This document shows positions 39,699-49,260 of a DNA stretch of 64,000 nt, in pieces (the first letter of the stretch is position 1; every line of letters starts with the position of its first letter). The DNA is from a virus, in IMG/VR virus record IMGVR_UViG_3300027759_000002, positions 64,001-128,000 of that record; one strand, 5' to 3'. The notes under the pieces are model-generated. The model searched no databases. It was given only the letters and a program-made list of their open reading frames with translations, and was not told where the DNA came from. The translations under genes and the position numbers were made by a program.

Positions 39699-41178
39699 AC
39701 ACATCACAATAACCAAAGTAAACGAAGTTTACGGCAAAGTGGAATGCGAACGCCACGTTGCACGGGAACTATCAGAGTACTTCACATTCTTTGTACCCGG
39801 TTATCAGTTCGTTCCAGCCTATCGGAATCGCATTTGGGATGGTAAGATTCGTCTATTCAATCTACAGACCAGTCAATTATATCTTGGACTAGTTACATAT
39901 CTTACAGAATTTTGTGATGAACGTGAATATGCCTACTCACATGACCTAATTGAAGATGAATATTCTGTGTATCATGCACATAAATTCTTTGATACTTTGA
40001 ATCTACATTCACAAGGCAAACCAATTGGTGTCAGAGAACACCAAGAACATGCGTTCATTGAAGCAATACAAAAACGTAGAACCTTGTTGTTGTCACCAAC
40101 CGCATCAGGCAAGTCACTAATCATCTATTTGATTTGTCGCCAGTTGTTAGATTATCAAAATCTAAAAGGTCTTATTATTGTGCCAACCACCTCATTGGTT
40201 GAACAGTTGTATGGAGATTTTGGAGATTATGCAAGTGAATCTGGTTTTAAAAACTACATGCACGTACACAGAATCTACCAAGGTAAAGAAAAAACAACAG
40301 ACAAAGCAATAACAATCTCCACATGGCAATCACTTTACAAGATGCCGCCAGAATACTTTCATCAATTTGATTACGTCATTGGTGACGAAGCCCATCTATT
40401 CAAAGCACAGTCTTTGACTTCCATATTAACATCATGTGTCAATGCCAAGTACCGTATTGGTCTTACTGGAACTTTGGATGGAACAAAGACACATAAGTTG
40501 GTACTAGAAGGTTTGTTTGGACCAACTAAAAAAGTTGTAACAACCAAAGAGTTGATTGACAAGAAACAACTGTCATTTTTCAACATCAAGTGTTTGGTAC
40601 TAAAACACTCTGAGGAGATTTGTCAACAAATGAAAGACAAGTCTTATCCAGATGAACTGAAGTACTTAATAGAATCTGAAAACCGCAATCGTTTCATCCG
40701 TAATTTGGCAGTAAGTTTAACCAAAAATACATTGGTATTGTTTCAAATGAAGAAACACGGTAAAATACTGTACGAAATGATTAAAGAAAAGGCCGTTGGT
40801 CGTAAGGTATTCTTTGTTGATGGTGACGTTGAAACAGAAGTCAGAGAAGAAATACGTAGAATTATGGAATTAGAAAATGATGCAATTTTTGTGGCATCAT
40901 TTGGTACAACAAGTACTGGTACAAACATTAGAAATCTGCACAACATTATATTCACATCACCATCTAAGTCTAGGGTTAGGAATCTACAGTCTATTGGCCG
41001 TGGTTTAAGACAGTCTGATGGCAAAGAGATTGCAACTCTTTATGATATTGCAGACGACCTTAGAATCAAAAAACATACAAACTTTACTCTGCAACACTTC
41101 GTAGAAAGAGTGAAGATATATAATGAAGAACAGTTCTCTTTTAAAATTTACAATATAGGACTAAAAAATGGCAGTTAA
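39685..41178 (+). CDS. uvsW: DNA helicase UvsW
   Basis: WDGKIRLF, SPTASGKS, GDEAHLFKA, RNLQSIGRGLR. Confidence 0.96.
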   Translation: MAVNEHITITKVNEVYGKVECERHVARELSEYFTFFVPGYQFVPAYRNRIWDGKIRLFNLQTSQLYLGLVTYLTEFCDEREYAYSHDLIEDEYSVYHAHKFFDTLNLHSQGKPIGVREHQEHAFIEAIQKRRTLLLSPTASGKSLIIYLICRQLLDYQNLKGLIIVPTTSLVEQLYGDFGDYASESGFKNYMHVHRIYQGKEKTTDKAITISTWQSLYKMPPEYFHQFDYVIGDEAHLFKAQSLTSILTSCVNAKYRIGLTGTLDGTKTHKLVLEGLFGPTKKVVTTKELIDKKQLSFFNIKCLVLKHSEEICQQMKDKSYPDELKYLIESENRNRFIRNLAVSLTKNTLVLFQMKKHGKILYEMIKEKAVGRKVFFVDGDVETEVREEIRRIMELENDAIFVASFGTTSTGTNIRNLHNIIFTSPSKSRVRNLQSIGRGLRQSDGKEIATLYDIADDLRIKKHTNFTLQHFVERVKIYNEEQFSFKIYNIGLKNGS

Positions 41179-41518
41179 AATTTTACGATTTAAAGACGGT
41201 CTAGATGTAATCTGTGACTGCATTTTTGAGAAAAATAACAAATTGGTGATTGACAATCCCATGTTGTTTGAACTCAGAGGAACAAACCTTATGTTACAAC
41301 ACTGGTTACCGGTGTTCGTAATGAAAGGTGAGTCTGTTGAGGTTGGCATAGATAACATACTATGCACAATGGATCCAACCGATGATTTTGAAGAATATTA
41401 TTCATCAGCTATCACCAAGTTGAAAGACTCTGAGAGGAAAGAAAGAGAAGTGGAACTCAACGATGAGGTACTAGCTGCTTTCGAAGAAAAGGAAATTGGT
41501 AAATCCTTAATACATTAA
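41168..41518 (+). CDS. Conserved hypothetical protein (Sm-like start motif)
   Basis: VKILRFKDGLDVICD; similar start to 62755-63084. Confidence 0.55.
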   Translation: MAVKILRFKDGLDVICDCIFEKNNKLVIDNPMLFELRGTNLMLQHWLPVFVMKGESVEVGIDNILCTMDPTDDFEEYYSSAITKLKDSERKEREVELNDEVLAAFEEKEIGKSLIH

Positions 41519-41539
41519 CATCATAGGGGAACACCGAGG

Positions 41540-41568
41540 ACTATATCACATGTCAAGCCCCTTGTCAA
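41540..41568 (-). promoter_or_regulatory. Leftward sigma70-type promoter
   Basis: Minus strand reads TTGACA-17-TATAGT with extended -10 TG. Confidence 0.55.
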
Positions 41569-41590
41569 CAACTTTTTATGGTACATTTGA

Positions 41591-42355
41591 ATGAGTAAAC
41601 AACTTCCCAGAGAATATTATACCTGCCATTATACTGGCCAGACCTTGCACTACACAGAATTCGTTCTTGCTGGTTCAGGTTGGTTGGCTGTAGATGGTAC
41701 CAAAAGACATCCAATCTCAAGGTCTGGTAAAACAATCAACCAATCTTTGGTAAATGGATTGAGACTTTCAGTTAATGGTAAACTGACAGGCATTTCACAC
41801 CCTAATCATCCAAACCATCTGGTATACAAACAAATTGTTAATGATGTTAGGCAAGAAAACAATTACAAGGGAACTTGGTTACGAGTTGATTTGTCGAAAC
41901 AAGCCTACATTAGAACATATGAAGCATTGAACATTCAAATGCCTAATTTAGGTAATCTCAATCTCAAAGGCAATAGAAAGAGTAACAATTCAGATGCTTG
42001 TTTAGATTACTTAGATATACCAAATGATAGAAATCATCGTGAAGTCAAAATAGGTAAATATTTTGTTGACGGTTTGAAAGACAACTTTGTGGTAGAATTT
42101 TTTGGAGATTACTTTCATGCCAATCCTGAGTTTTATGTTAGTGACCAAAAATTACTTGGCGGAACAGCCGAATCTAAATGGCAAAAGGATGCTGCACGTT
42201 TAAAATGCATACAAGAAAATGGTTATCATATCGTAAAGGTATGGGAAAATGATTGGAACAAATTTAAACAAAAGAATACAGACAAGTTAAAGGTTGAATT
42301 CAATGACAAACAATTTTTTATAAACAATTTAAAGGAACTAAGTGATATATTATGA
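41591..42355 (+). CDS. Free-standing Vsr/DUF559-like endonuclease (putative homing endonuclease)
   Basis: VDG....VVEFFGDYFHANP...W.KD..R...IQENGY.IVKVWENDW. Confidence 0.75.
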   Translation: MSKQLPREYYTCHYTGQTLHYTEFVLAGSGWLAVDGTKRHPISRSGKTINQSLVNGLRLSVNGKLTGISHPNHPNHLVYKQIVNDVRQENNYKGTWLRVDLSKQAYIRTYEALNIQMPNLGNLNLKGNRKSNNSDACLDYLDIPNDRNHREVKIGKYFVDGLKDNFVVEFFGDYFHANPEFYVSDQKLLGGTAESKWQKDAARLKCIQENGYHIVKVWENDWNKFKQKNTDKLKVEFNDKQFFINNLKELSDIL

Positions 42356-42897
42356 GTAAACAAAAACATTATATAAACAATGCAGACTTCTTAAAGGCAC
42401 TTGTCGATTACAAGACCAGATGCGTAGAGGCCGAGGCCGCAGGTAAACCAAATCCAAACATTCCAAATTACATTGGTGAATGCTGGATGAAAATTGCCGA
42501 AGGTCTGTCACATAAACCAAACTTCATTAACTACACGTACCGAGATGAAATGGTTTCGGATGGTATTGAGAATTGTTTAATGTACTTTGCAAACTTTGAT
42601 CCAACAAAGTCTTCCAATCCATTTGCATACTTCACTCAAATCATTTACTTTGCCTTTCTAAGACGCATACAGAAAGAAAAGAAACAGTTGTATGTGAAGT
42701 ATAAAGCCACAGAGATGTATGGTATTCTGGATGAGTTTGAAATGTTGGAAGGTGAAGATGGTAGTACCAAACAATTTGAACTATATGACAACATTGCCGA
42801 GTTTATCGGAACATATGAGGATGCCAGAAAAGCAAAGAAAGCCGAAAAAGATGCGGCAAAGAAACCAAAAGGGCTTGAAAAATTTATTGAGGAGTGA
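42352..42897 (+). CDS. gp55: Late sigma factor gp55
   Basis: HYINNADFL, YIGECWMKIAEGLSHKPNFINYTYRDEMVSDGIENC, NPFAYFTQI. Confidence 0.96.
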   Translation: MSKQKHYINNADFLKALVDYKTRCVEAEAAGKPNPNIPNYIGECWMKIAEGLSHKPNFINYTYRDEMVSDGIENCLMYFANFDPTKSSNPFAYFTQIIYFAFLRRIQKEKKQLYVKYKATEMYGILDEFEMLEGEDGSTKQFELYDNIAEFIGTYEDARKAKKAEKDAAKKPKGLEKFIEE

Positions 42898-42901
42898 TAT
42901 A

Positions 42902-43363
42902 ATGAAGATTGGTTTTAATTGTAGTACGTTGGATTTATTTCATGCGGGACATGTCACAATGTTAAAAATTGAAAAACAACATTGTGACCATTTGATTGTT
43001 GCAGTGCAATCCGATCCAACTATTGATAGGCCAGATAGTAAAAACAAACCAGTACAGTCTTTGTATGAAAGGTTTGTTCAAGTGTCTGGATGCAAATATG
43101 TTGATGAAGTATTGGTGTATGAAACGGAAGAAGATTTGGAAAACATTTTCAAAACACAAACTATTCATATACGATTTTTAGGTGATGAATACAAATCAAA
43201 ACCTTTTACCGCAAAACAGTATTGTCTTGATAACGGTATAGAATTGTTTTTCCATGATAGACAACATCCATACAGTAGTTCTAAATTGAGACAAAGAGTA
43301 TATAATGCTGAGGTTGAAAGATTGAAAAAATTAAACGTGGAATATGATGAATGTCAAAAGTAG
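42902..43363 (+). CDS. Cytidylyltransferase (TagD-like HxGH nucleotidyltransferase)
   Basis: Likely start ATG 42902; STLDLFHAGHV, ERFVQVSGCKYVDEV, YSSSKLR. Confidence 0.85.
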   Translation: MKIGFNCSTLDLFHAGHVTMLKIEKQHCDHLIVAVQSDPTIDRPDSKNKPVQSLYERFVQVSGCKYVDEVLVYETEEDLENIFKTQTIHIRFLGDEYKSKPFTAKQYCLDNGIELFFHDRQHPYSSSKLRQRVYNAEVERLKKLNVEYDECQK

Positions 43364-44421
43364 CAATAATTACAGACCAACATTTTGGTGCCAGAAATGA
43401 CTCAACACTTTTTTTAGACTTCTATGAGAAGTTTTATAAGGACACGTTCTTTCCCACCTTGATAAAAGAAAAGATTGATACTGTACTTATTCTTGGCGAT
43501 ACATTTGACCGTAGAAAGTATATCAATTTCTTTTCACTGAAACGTGCAAAGCAAATGTTCTTTGACCCATTGTTTGAAATGGGTATTCAAGTTCACATGT
43601 TGGCTGGTAATCATGATACTTATTTTAAGAACACCAACGATGTTAACTCAGCAGATTTATTGTTAGGTGAATATGGTATCACCTTAAATGTTATTGACCA
43701 TCCAACCGAAATATATGTTGGACCACATAAGATTTGTATGATGCCTTGGATATGTCCAGAGAATTATGAAGATTCTTTAAAGACATTAAAAGACACCGAT
43801 GCAAAGTTTTGTATGGGTCATTTTGAAATTGCTGGTTTTGCCATGTATCGTGGTATGCCATCTGAAGGAGGGTTAGACAGAAATGTTTTTAGCAAGTTTA
43901 ATTACACTTTTAGTGGTCATTACCATCACAAATCTTCTAGTGATGATATCTACTATTTGGGAAATCCGTACGAACTTACTTGGCAAGATTATAATGACAG
44001 TCGGGGTTTTCACTTGTTTGATTTGGATACTCACCAACTTGAATTCATAGAAAATCCAAACAAGATGTTTCATCGCATCATTTATGATGATAAAGAACAA
44101 TCAATCAAAGAAATTGACGGCAAAGATTTAAAACCATATACGAATACCTATGTCAAAGTGGTTGTAATCAATAAAAATAATCCATATTTGTTTGACAAAT
44201 TCATGAATAACCTGTATAATGTAAACCCAGCAGACATTACAATTGCTGAAGATATTACAGAATTGGAAGATGGTGATGAAGTAATTGATGAAGCTGAAGA
44301 TACAATCACTATATTAAACAAGTATGTTGATGGCATTACGGAAGAAAGTATTGACAACGACAGGTTAAAAACATTATTGAAAGAACTCTACGTAGAGGCA
44401 CTGAATACTGAACAAGCATGA
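43351..44421 (+). CDS. gp47: Recombination nuclease subunit gp47 (Mre11/SbcD-like)
   Basis: ITDQHFGAR, LGDTFDRRK, LAGNHD, SGHYHH, YLGNPYELTWQD. Confidence 0.95.
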   Translation: MSKVAIITDQHFGARNDSTLFLDFYEKFYKDTFFPTLIKEKIDTVLILGDTFDRRKYINFFSLKRAKQMFFDPLFEMGIQVHMLAGNHDTYFKNTNDVNSADLLLGEYGITLNVIDHPTEIYVGPHKICMMPWICPENYEDSLKTLKDTDAKFCMGHFEIAGFAMYRGMPSEGGLDRNVFSKFNYTFSGHYHHKSSSDDIYYLGNPYELTWQDYNDSRGFHLFDLDTHQLEFIENPNKMFHRIIYDDKEQSIKEIDGKDLKPYTNTYVKVVVINKNNPYLFDKFMNNLYNVNPADITIAEDITELEDGDEVIDEAEDTITILNKYVDGITEESIDNDRLKTLLKELYVEALNTEQA

Positions 44422-46136
44422 TTTTATTTCAAAAAATTAAGTGGAAGAATTTTCTTTCCACTGGAGCCCATTTTACTGAGATTGATTTTACCAAGTCTAA
44501 CAATACATTAATTATTGGCCACAATGGTGCAGGTAAATCCACAATACTTGATGCATTATGTTTTGGTTTATTTGGTAAACCTTTTCGTAAAATTAATAAA
44601 CCACAGTTACTAAATTCTGTCAACGGCAAAGAGGCTGTTGTTGAAGTGCATTTCAATATTGGCCAAAAGAAATATAAGATTATTCGTGGTATTAAACCGA
44701 ATGTATTTGAGATATACCTGAACGATGTATTGCTGAACCAAGATGCAGCTGCAAAAGACTATCAAGAGATACTAGAGAATAATATTCTCAAATTAAATTA
44801 CAAGTCTTTTACGCAGGTTGTCATTCTTGGTTCAGCATCCTTTGTTCCGTTCATGCAATTGTCGGCATCAGACCGCAGAGCAATCATTGAGGACCTATTA
44901 GACATTCAAATCTTTTCCTCAATGAACAATGTGATTAAAGAAAAGAATTCTGCCATCAAAGAAGAATTAAATAAATCAAAGTATGCCATCTCTCTTACGG
45001 AAGAAAAGATAACCTTACAGAAACAAAACATTGAGGAACATAAAAAAAACCACGATGCGGATATCAAACGCAAGATTGAAGAAATTGAAAAATCAAAAAT
45101 ACAAATGAGTACATTACAGAATGACGTTGTATTGATTAACAAACACATTGCGGTATTACAAAATAAAGTTGGTGATAAGAAAGATAAATTGGATAAAAAA
45201 TCCAAAAGTTTATTTCAAATCAAAGGTAAAGTACAAACTAATATTGGCCGAAATCAAAAGGAGATTGACTTCTATGAAAACAACCACGATTGTCCGACTT
45301 GTAAACAATCCATCACACCCGAATGGAAAGATTCACAAGTACAAGAAAAGTCAGAGAAAATACTTACACAAAAAACTGGATTGTTTGAGATTGAACAGGA
45401 GTTAAACAAGGTAACTACTGAAATGAAATCTATTACAGATATCATTACACACATTAGTGAACATAGTGGTGAAATTATTAAACACACTTCTACTATATCG
45501 GCAATAAGCAATTACATATCTAAGTTGAATAATGAGATTGATGAGTTGACTAATAAACAAACTGGTACAGAGGGTGGTGACCAAAAATTAATCGAATTAA
45601 ATGTTGCATTAAATGATTATAAAAAAGGTTATGAATCTTGTTTGATAGAAAAACATTACCATGAATTTGCAGGTACTTTGTTGAAAGATGGTGGCATTAA
45701 GACACGGATCATCAAACAATACTTACCAATTATGAACAAGTTAATTAACAAGTACCTGAAAGCCATGGACTTTTTTGTTAACTTTAACATCAATGAAAAC
45801 TTTGAAGAAACAATTAAGAGTAGACACCGTGATGATTTCTCTTATGCTAATTTTTCAGAAGGTGAAAAGATGCGTATTGATTTGGCATTATTATTTACTT
45901 GGCGACAAATTGCCAAACTAAAGAATAGTACCAATACAAATTTGTTGATACTTGATGAAGTGTTTGATTCCAGCCTCGACACCGTAGGCACTGAAGAATT
46001 TCTAAAGTTGATACATGAAATGGGTGCAGATACAAACGTATTTGTTATCTCACATAAAGGCGACCAACTGTTCGATAAGTTCCGTTCGGTCATTAAATTT
46101 GAAAAGAAAAATAATTTTTCAAGGATTGCAAAATGA
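44418..46136 (+). CDS. gp46: Recombination ATPase subunit gp46 (Rad50/SbcC-like)
   Basis: GHNGAGKS, CPTC hook, FSEGEKMRIDL, LILDEVFDSSLD. Confidence 0.96.
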   Translation: MILFQKIKWKNFLSTGAHFTEIDFTKSNNTLIIGHNGAGKSTILDALCFGLFGKPFRKINKPQLLNSVNGKEAVVEVHFNIGQKKYKIIRGIKPNVFEIYLNDVLLNQDAAAKDYQEILENNILKLNYKSFTQVVILGSASFVPFMQLSASDRRAIIEDLLDIQIFSSMNNVIKEKNSAIKEELNKSKYAISLTEEKITLQKQNIEEHKKNHDADIKRKIEEIEKSKIQMSTLQNDVVLINKHIAVLQNKVGDKKDKLDKKSKSLFQIKGKVQTNIGRNQKEIDFYENNHDCPTCKQSITPEWKDSQVQEKSEKILTQKTGLFEIEQELNKVTTEMKSITDIITHISEHSGEIIKHTSTISAISNYISKLNNEIDELTNKQTGTEGGDQKLIELNVALNDYKKGYESCLIEKHYHEFAGTLLKDGGIKTRIIKQYLPIMNKLINKYLKAMDFFVNFNINENFEETIKSRHRDDFSYANFSEGEKMRIDLALLFTWRQIAKLKNSTNTNLLILDEVFDSSLDTVGTEEFLKLIHEMGADTNVFVISHKGDQLFDKFRSVIKFEKKNNFSRIAK

Positions 46137-46738
46137 GTACAGAAGATATTGTCTTATACGACACAGTAGAAGCGGTTAAGATTAAACCAACAGCAACACA
46201 AGTTGAAACATTTGATTTGGTACCACCAGACCATCCAGCTCTGTACAAAGTTTTACCAGAGTTTGATTTTGAAAATGCACCAATCAATGCAAATAGTTTT
46301 GCATCAACATTGGTAGAAACTTGCAAGAAACAAAATGGTATTGGTTTATCTGCCAACCAATGTGGTTTCGAATACCGTGTTTTTGTTATGGGTGCCGGCG
46401 AAGAATATGTGGCATACTTTAATCCGAAAATACTTTCCTCAAGTGGAGAAAAACACATGGAAGAAGGATGCCTTTCATTCCCTTTCCTAAATTTACACAT
46501 CACTAGACCAGAAACCGTGGAAGTGGAGTACCAGGATTACAATGGTGAAAAACGTACCAAAACTTTTAATGGTATATCTGCAAGATGTTTTCTCCATGAG
46601 CTTGACCACATGAACGGAATAGTGTATACTAGCCGTGTAAAACCACTTGCGTTACAGTATGGTTTAAAAAGACTAGAAAAAATTAGACGCAAGTATTTTA
46701 ATCCTAAGAAAATGAATCAACTCGCACAAAGAACTTAA
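46133..46738 (+). CDS. def: Peptide deformylase
   Basis: GIGLSANQCG, EEGCLSFP, HELDH. Confidence 0.93.
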   Translation: MSTEDIVLYDTVEAVKIKPTATQVETFDLVPPDHPALYKVLPEFDFENAPINANSFASTLVETCKKQNGIGLSANQCGFEYRVFVMGAGEEYVAYFNPKILSSSGEKHMEEGCLSFPFLNLHITRPETVEVEYQDYNGEKRTKTFNGISARCFLHELDHMNGIVYTSRVKPLALQYGLKRLEKIRRKYFNPKKMNQLAQRT

Positions 46739-48003
46739 TGGCCACACCTATAGATTATGTTGATGCTCAGTGGGAAAAATGGCAGGTACTAAATGAACCT
46801 GAACGTTTTGAACACATTGATACCGAGCAGCTGAAAGAAATATTGATTAAGGACCTTACGTATGCCTCACAGATGGATGTACGTGAGTATACCTTATATC
46901 AAAAATGGTTAGAAGTACATGAGAAGTATCCTACCAGAAACATCGGCACCTTGTTTGGTGAAGATATACAATTGATAGATGTTACACAAAAGAAACTGGT
47001 TGAAAAGGTTAAGAAAAACTTTTGGATGCCAGAAGGTCCAGATGATTATGAAAAATTAAAACCAAGACTAGTACTATCAAATGGACCTTTGGCAGAAACT
47101 TGGAATACAGTACGTACATTTTCTTCTACAATGAAGAACAACTCTAACATTGGTCGTAATCTTTATTACACCGTGGTTGATGAAAACACCGATAAGTATC
47201 TTGGTGTTATGTGTATATCATCCGACTTCTTGGACTTGACTCCAAGAGACACCGCAATCGGTTGGCCTAGAGATGTTAAGACTCAACAAGGTATGATTAA
47301 TCACACTGCCATTGGTTCTACAATTGTTCCGTTACAACCACTTGGTTTCAATTACATGGGTGGTAAGTTGTTGGCACTATTGTGTCTTGCTGATACAGTA
47401 CAAAAAGATTGGAAAAGACAATATGATGATGTTCTCGTTGGCGTCACTACTACTTCTCTCTATGGCAATACTAAGTCTGGTGGTTTATCTCAGTACGATG
47501 GTCTGGATCACTGGAACAAAATGGGTTTCTCCAGTGGGTCGGTTGCCTTTGAACCATCCAGAAAAACTAGAGCGTTGATTTATAACTGGGTAAAAGAAAA
47601 CTATACACGAAAATATTTTGAATGGTGGGAAGCCAAGAATCTAAAAGGTCTTCCTTTGAAACGTGACCATAAAAATCGTACACTAAATTTTGCGTATGGT
47701 AAGTTAGGTATTCCAAAAGAACTTATCCGTACCGAACATCAGAGGGGAATTTACTTCTCTCCTCTATACAACAACACCAATGAATATCTTAGGAAAGAAA
47801 TTGGTGATGAACAACTGGTCAAATCATTTGATACCAGTGAAGAAGCCTTGGTGCAAATTTGGAAAACCAAATATGCCAAAGGTCGTATATCAATGTTGAA
47901 GAAAAAGAATAATGTATCTTATGAATCATTGTTCTATGATGACTTGATATACTTGTCTTGGGAAGAAACCAAGACCAAATATTTGCCACAAGTTGGCAGA
48001 TAA
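46738..48003 (+). CDS. DUF4338-like protein (possible DNA-modifying transferase)
   Basis: PLGFNYMGGKLLALL...VTTTSLYG...SQYDGL..W.KMGFSSG recalled as DUF4338/DruA-like; not verified by search. Confidence 0.55.
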   Translation: MATPIDYVDAQWEKWQVLNEPERFEHIDTEQLKEILIKDLTYASQMDVREYTLYQKWLEVHEKYPTRNIGTLFGEDIQLIDVTQKKLVEKVKKNFWMPEGPDDYEKLKPRLVLSNGPLAETWNTVRTFSSTMKNNSNIGRNLYYTVVDENTDKYLGVMCISSDFLDLTPRDTAIGWPRDVKTQQGMINHTAIGSTIVPLQPLGFNYMGGKLLALLCLADTVQKDWKRQYDDVLVGVTTTSLYGNTKSGGLSQYDGLDHWNKMGFSSGSVAFEPSRKTRALIYNWVKENYTRKYFEWWEAKNLKGLPLKRDHKNRTLNFAYGKLGIPKELIRTEHQRGIYFSPLYNNTNEYLRKEIGDEQLVKSFDTSEEALVQIWKTKYAKGRISMLKKKNNVSYESLFYDDLIYLSWEETKTKYLPQVGR

Positions 48004-48024
48004 AAAAGTATACCGCAAATATAC

Positions 48025-48053
48025 TTGACACACACACTAAGTAGTAGTATAAT
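48025..48053 (+). promoter_or_regulatory. Sigma70-type promoter with overlapping palindrome
   Basis: TTGACA-17-TATAAT; AAGTATA-N7-TATACTT at 48006-48026. Confidence 0.8.
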
Positions 48054-48108
48054 GTAAATTCTTGCACACGCAAGTACTTTGTTTAACTTTGTCATTAGGA
48101 GATTTATC

Positions 48109-48378
48109 TTGACTAAACTATCCGCAAAAACCCGCATCCTCAACTTTTTGAGCAAGACTGAGGGTTATAACACTCTCTCCACAGCACAGGCTCGTGCTCG
48201 TTTCGGAATCCAAAACGTTTCCGCACGTATTGATGAATTGCGCCAAGAAGGCCATGTCATCTACACTAACACCAAATCCCGTGGTGATGGTAGTAAGGTT
48301 GCTGTTTACCGCATGGGCAAACCAACCAAGTCTATGGTTCGTACCGCTATCAATGCAGGTTACAGCTTCAACGCCTAA
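48109..48378 (+). CDS. Small winged-helix DNA-binding protein
   Basis: Probable TTG start after AGGAG; RILNFL...A...FGIQNVSARIDELRQEGHVI...YRMG. Confidence 0.6.
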   Translation: MTKLSAKTRILNFLSKTEGYNTLSTAQARARFGIQNVSARIDELRQEGHVIYTNTKSRGDGSKVAVYRMGKPTKSMVRTAINAGYSFNA

Positions 48379-48389
48379 TTAGGTGAATA

Positions 48390-48430
48390 TGGGGAGACCA
48401 CTTGATGTGGTACTCCCTTTTTTTTTATTT
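48390..48430 (+). terminator. Intrinsic terminator
   Basis: GGGAGACCAC-loop-GTGGTACTCCC followed by a long T run. Confidence 0.75.
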
Positions 48431-48441
48431 TTGGAGAGTAA

Positions 48442-49260
48442 ATGGAAATTTCAATTAAAAAAGAAGAATTAGCAAAGAAAAGTATTTTCGTTGCGACACC
48501 AATGTACGGCGGAATGAATCATGGACTCTATGCCAAAGCATGTCTCGATTTACAAGCCATCTGTATGCAGTATGGTGTGCAAGTGAAATTTTCATTTCTT
48601 TTCAATGAGTCTTTAATTACCCGTGCTAGAAATTATCTTGTTGATGAATTCCTGCATCGTTCTGATTGTACGCACATGTTGTTTATTGATGCTGACGTAC
48701 ACTTTAATCCACAAGATGTTATTGCTTTATTGGCACTAGATAAAGATGTTATTGGTGGTCCTTATCCTAAGAAGGCCATCAAATGGTCATCTGTTAAGAA
48801 AGCTTTGACTAAAAATCCAGCCATGGAAGCAAGTGACTTAGAAAAAGTTACTGGCGATTATGTTTTTAATCCCGTAAAAGGCACAGACAAATTTAGTGTT
48901 TCCGATCCATTAGAAGTTTTGGAAATTGGTACCGGTTTTATGATGGTTAAACGTGAAGTGTTTCCTAAATTTGCAGAAGCATTTCCACATTTGCGTTATA
49001 AACCAGACCATGTTGGCCAAGCCAACTTTGACGGTTCACGATACATCCATGCTTACTTTGATACATTGATTGATACTATAGATTCTCCAACTGGTGGTGG
49101 TTCAGACCGTTACTTGTCAGAAGACTACATGTTCTGTCAACTGTGGCGTAAAATTGGTGGTTCTATTTGGTTGTGTCCTTGGATGCGAGCAGACCACATT
49201 GGTACGTACCACTTTAAAGGTGATATGCCAGCTGTTGCGAATTACGTTGGAGAAATGTAA
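48442..49260 (+). CDS. GT-A fold glycosyltransferase-like protein
   Basis: FVATPMYGG, ESLITRARN, HMLFIDADV (DxD), IGTGFMMVKR, LSEDYMFC. Confidence 0.65.
   Translation: MEISIKKEELAKKSIFVATPMYGGMNHGLYAKACLDLQAICMQYGVQVKFSFLFNESLITRARNYLVDEFLHRSDCTHMLFIDADVHFNPQDVIALLALDKDVIGGPYPKKAIKWSSVKKALTKNPAMEASDLEKVTGDYVFNPVKGTDKFSVSDPLEVLEIGTGFMMVKREVFPKFAEAFPHLRYKPDHVGQANFDGSRYIHAYFDTLIDTIDSPTGGGSDRYLSEDYMFCQLWRKIGGSIWLCPWMRADHIGTYHFKGDMPAVANYVGEM

Noticed and set aside
28126-46136. Introns or inteins in gp17, gp20, gp23, uvsW or gp46
   Set aside because: ORFs are continuous and of normal length with no intein or splice motifs
46738-48003. Druantia anti-phage defence system
   Set aside because: Only a single DUF4338-like gene in a phage replication region; no partner Dru helicase genes
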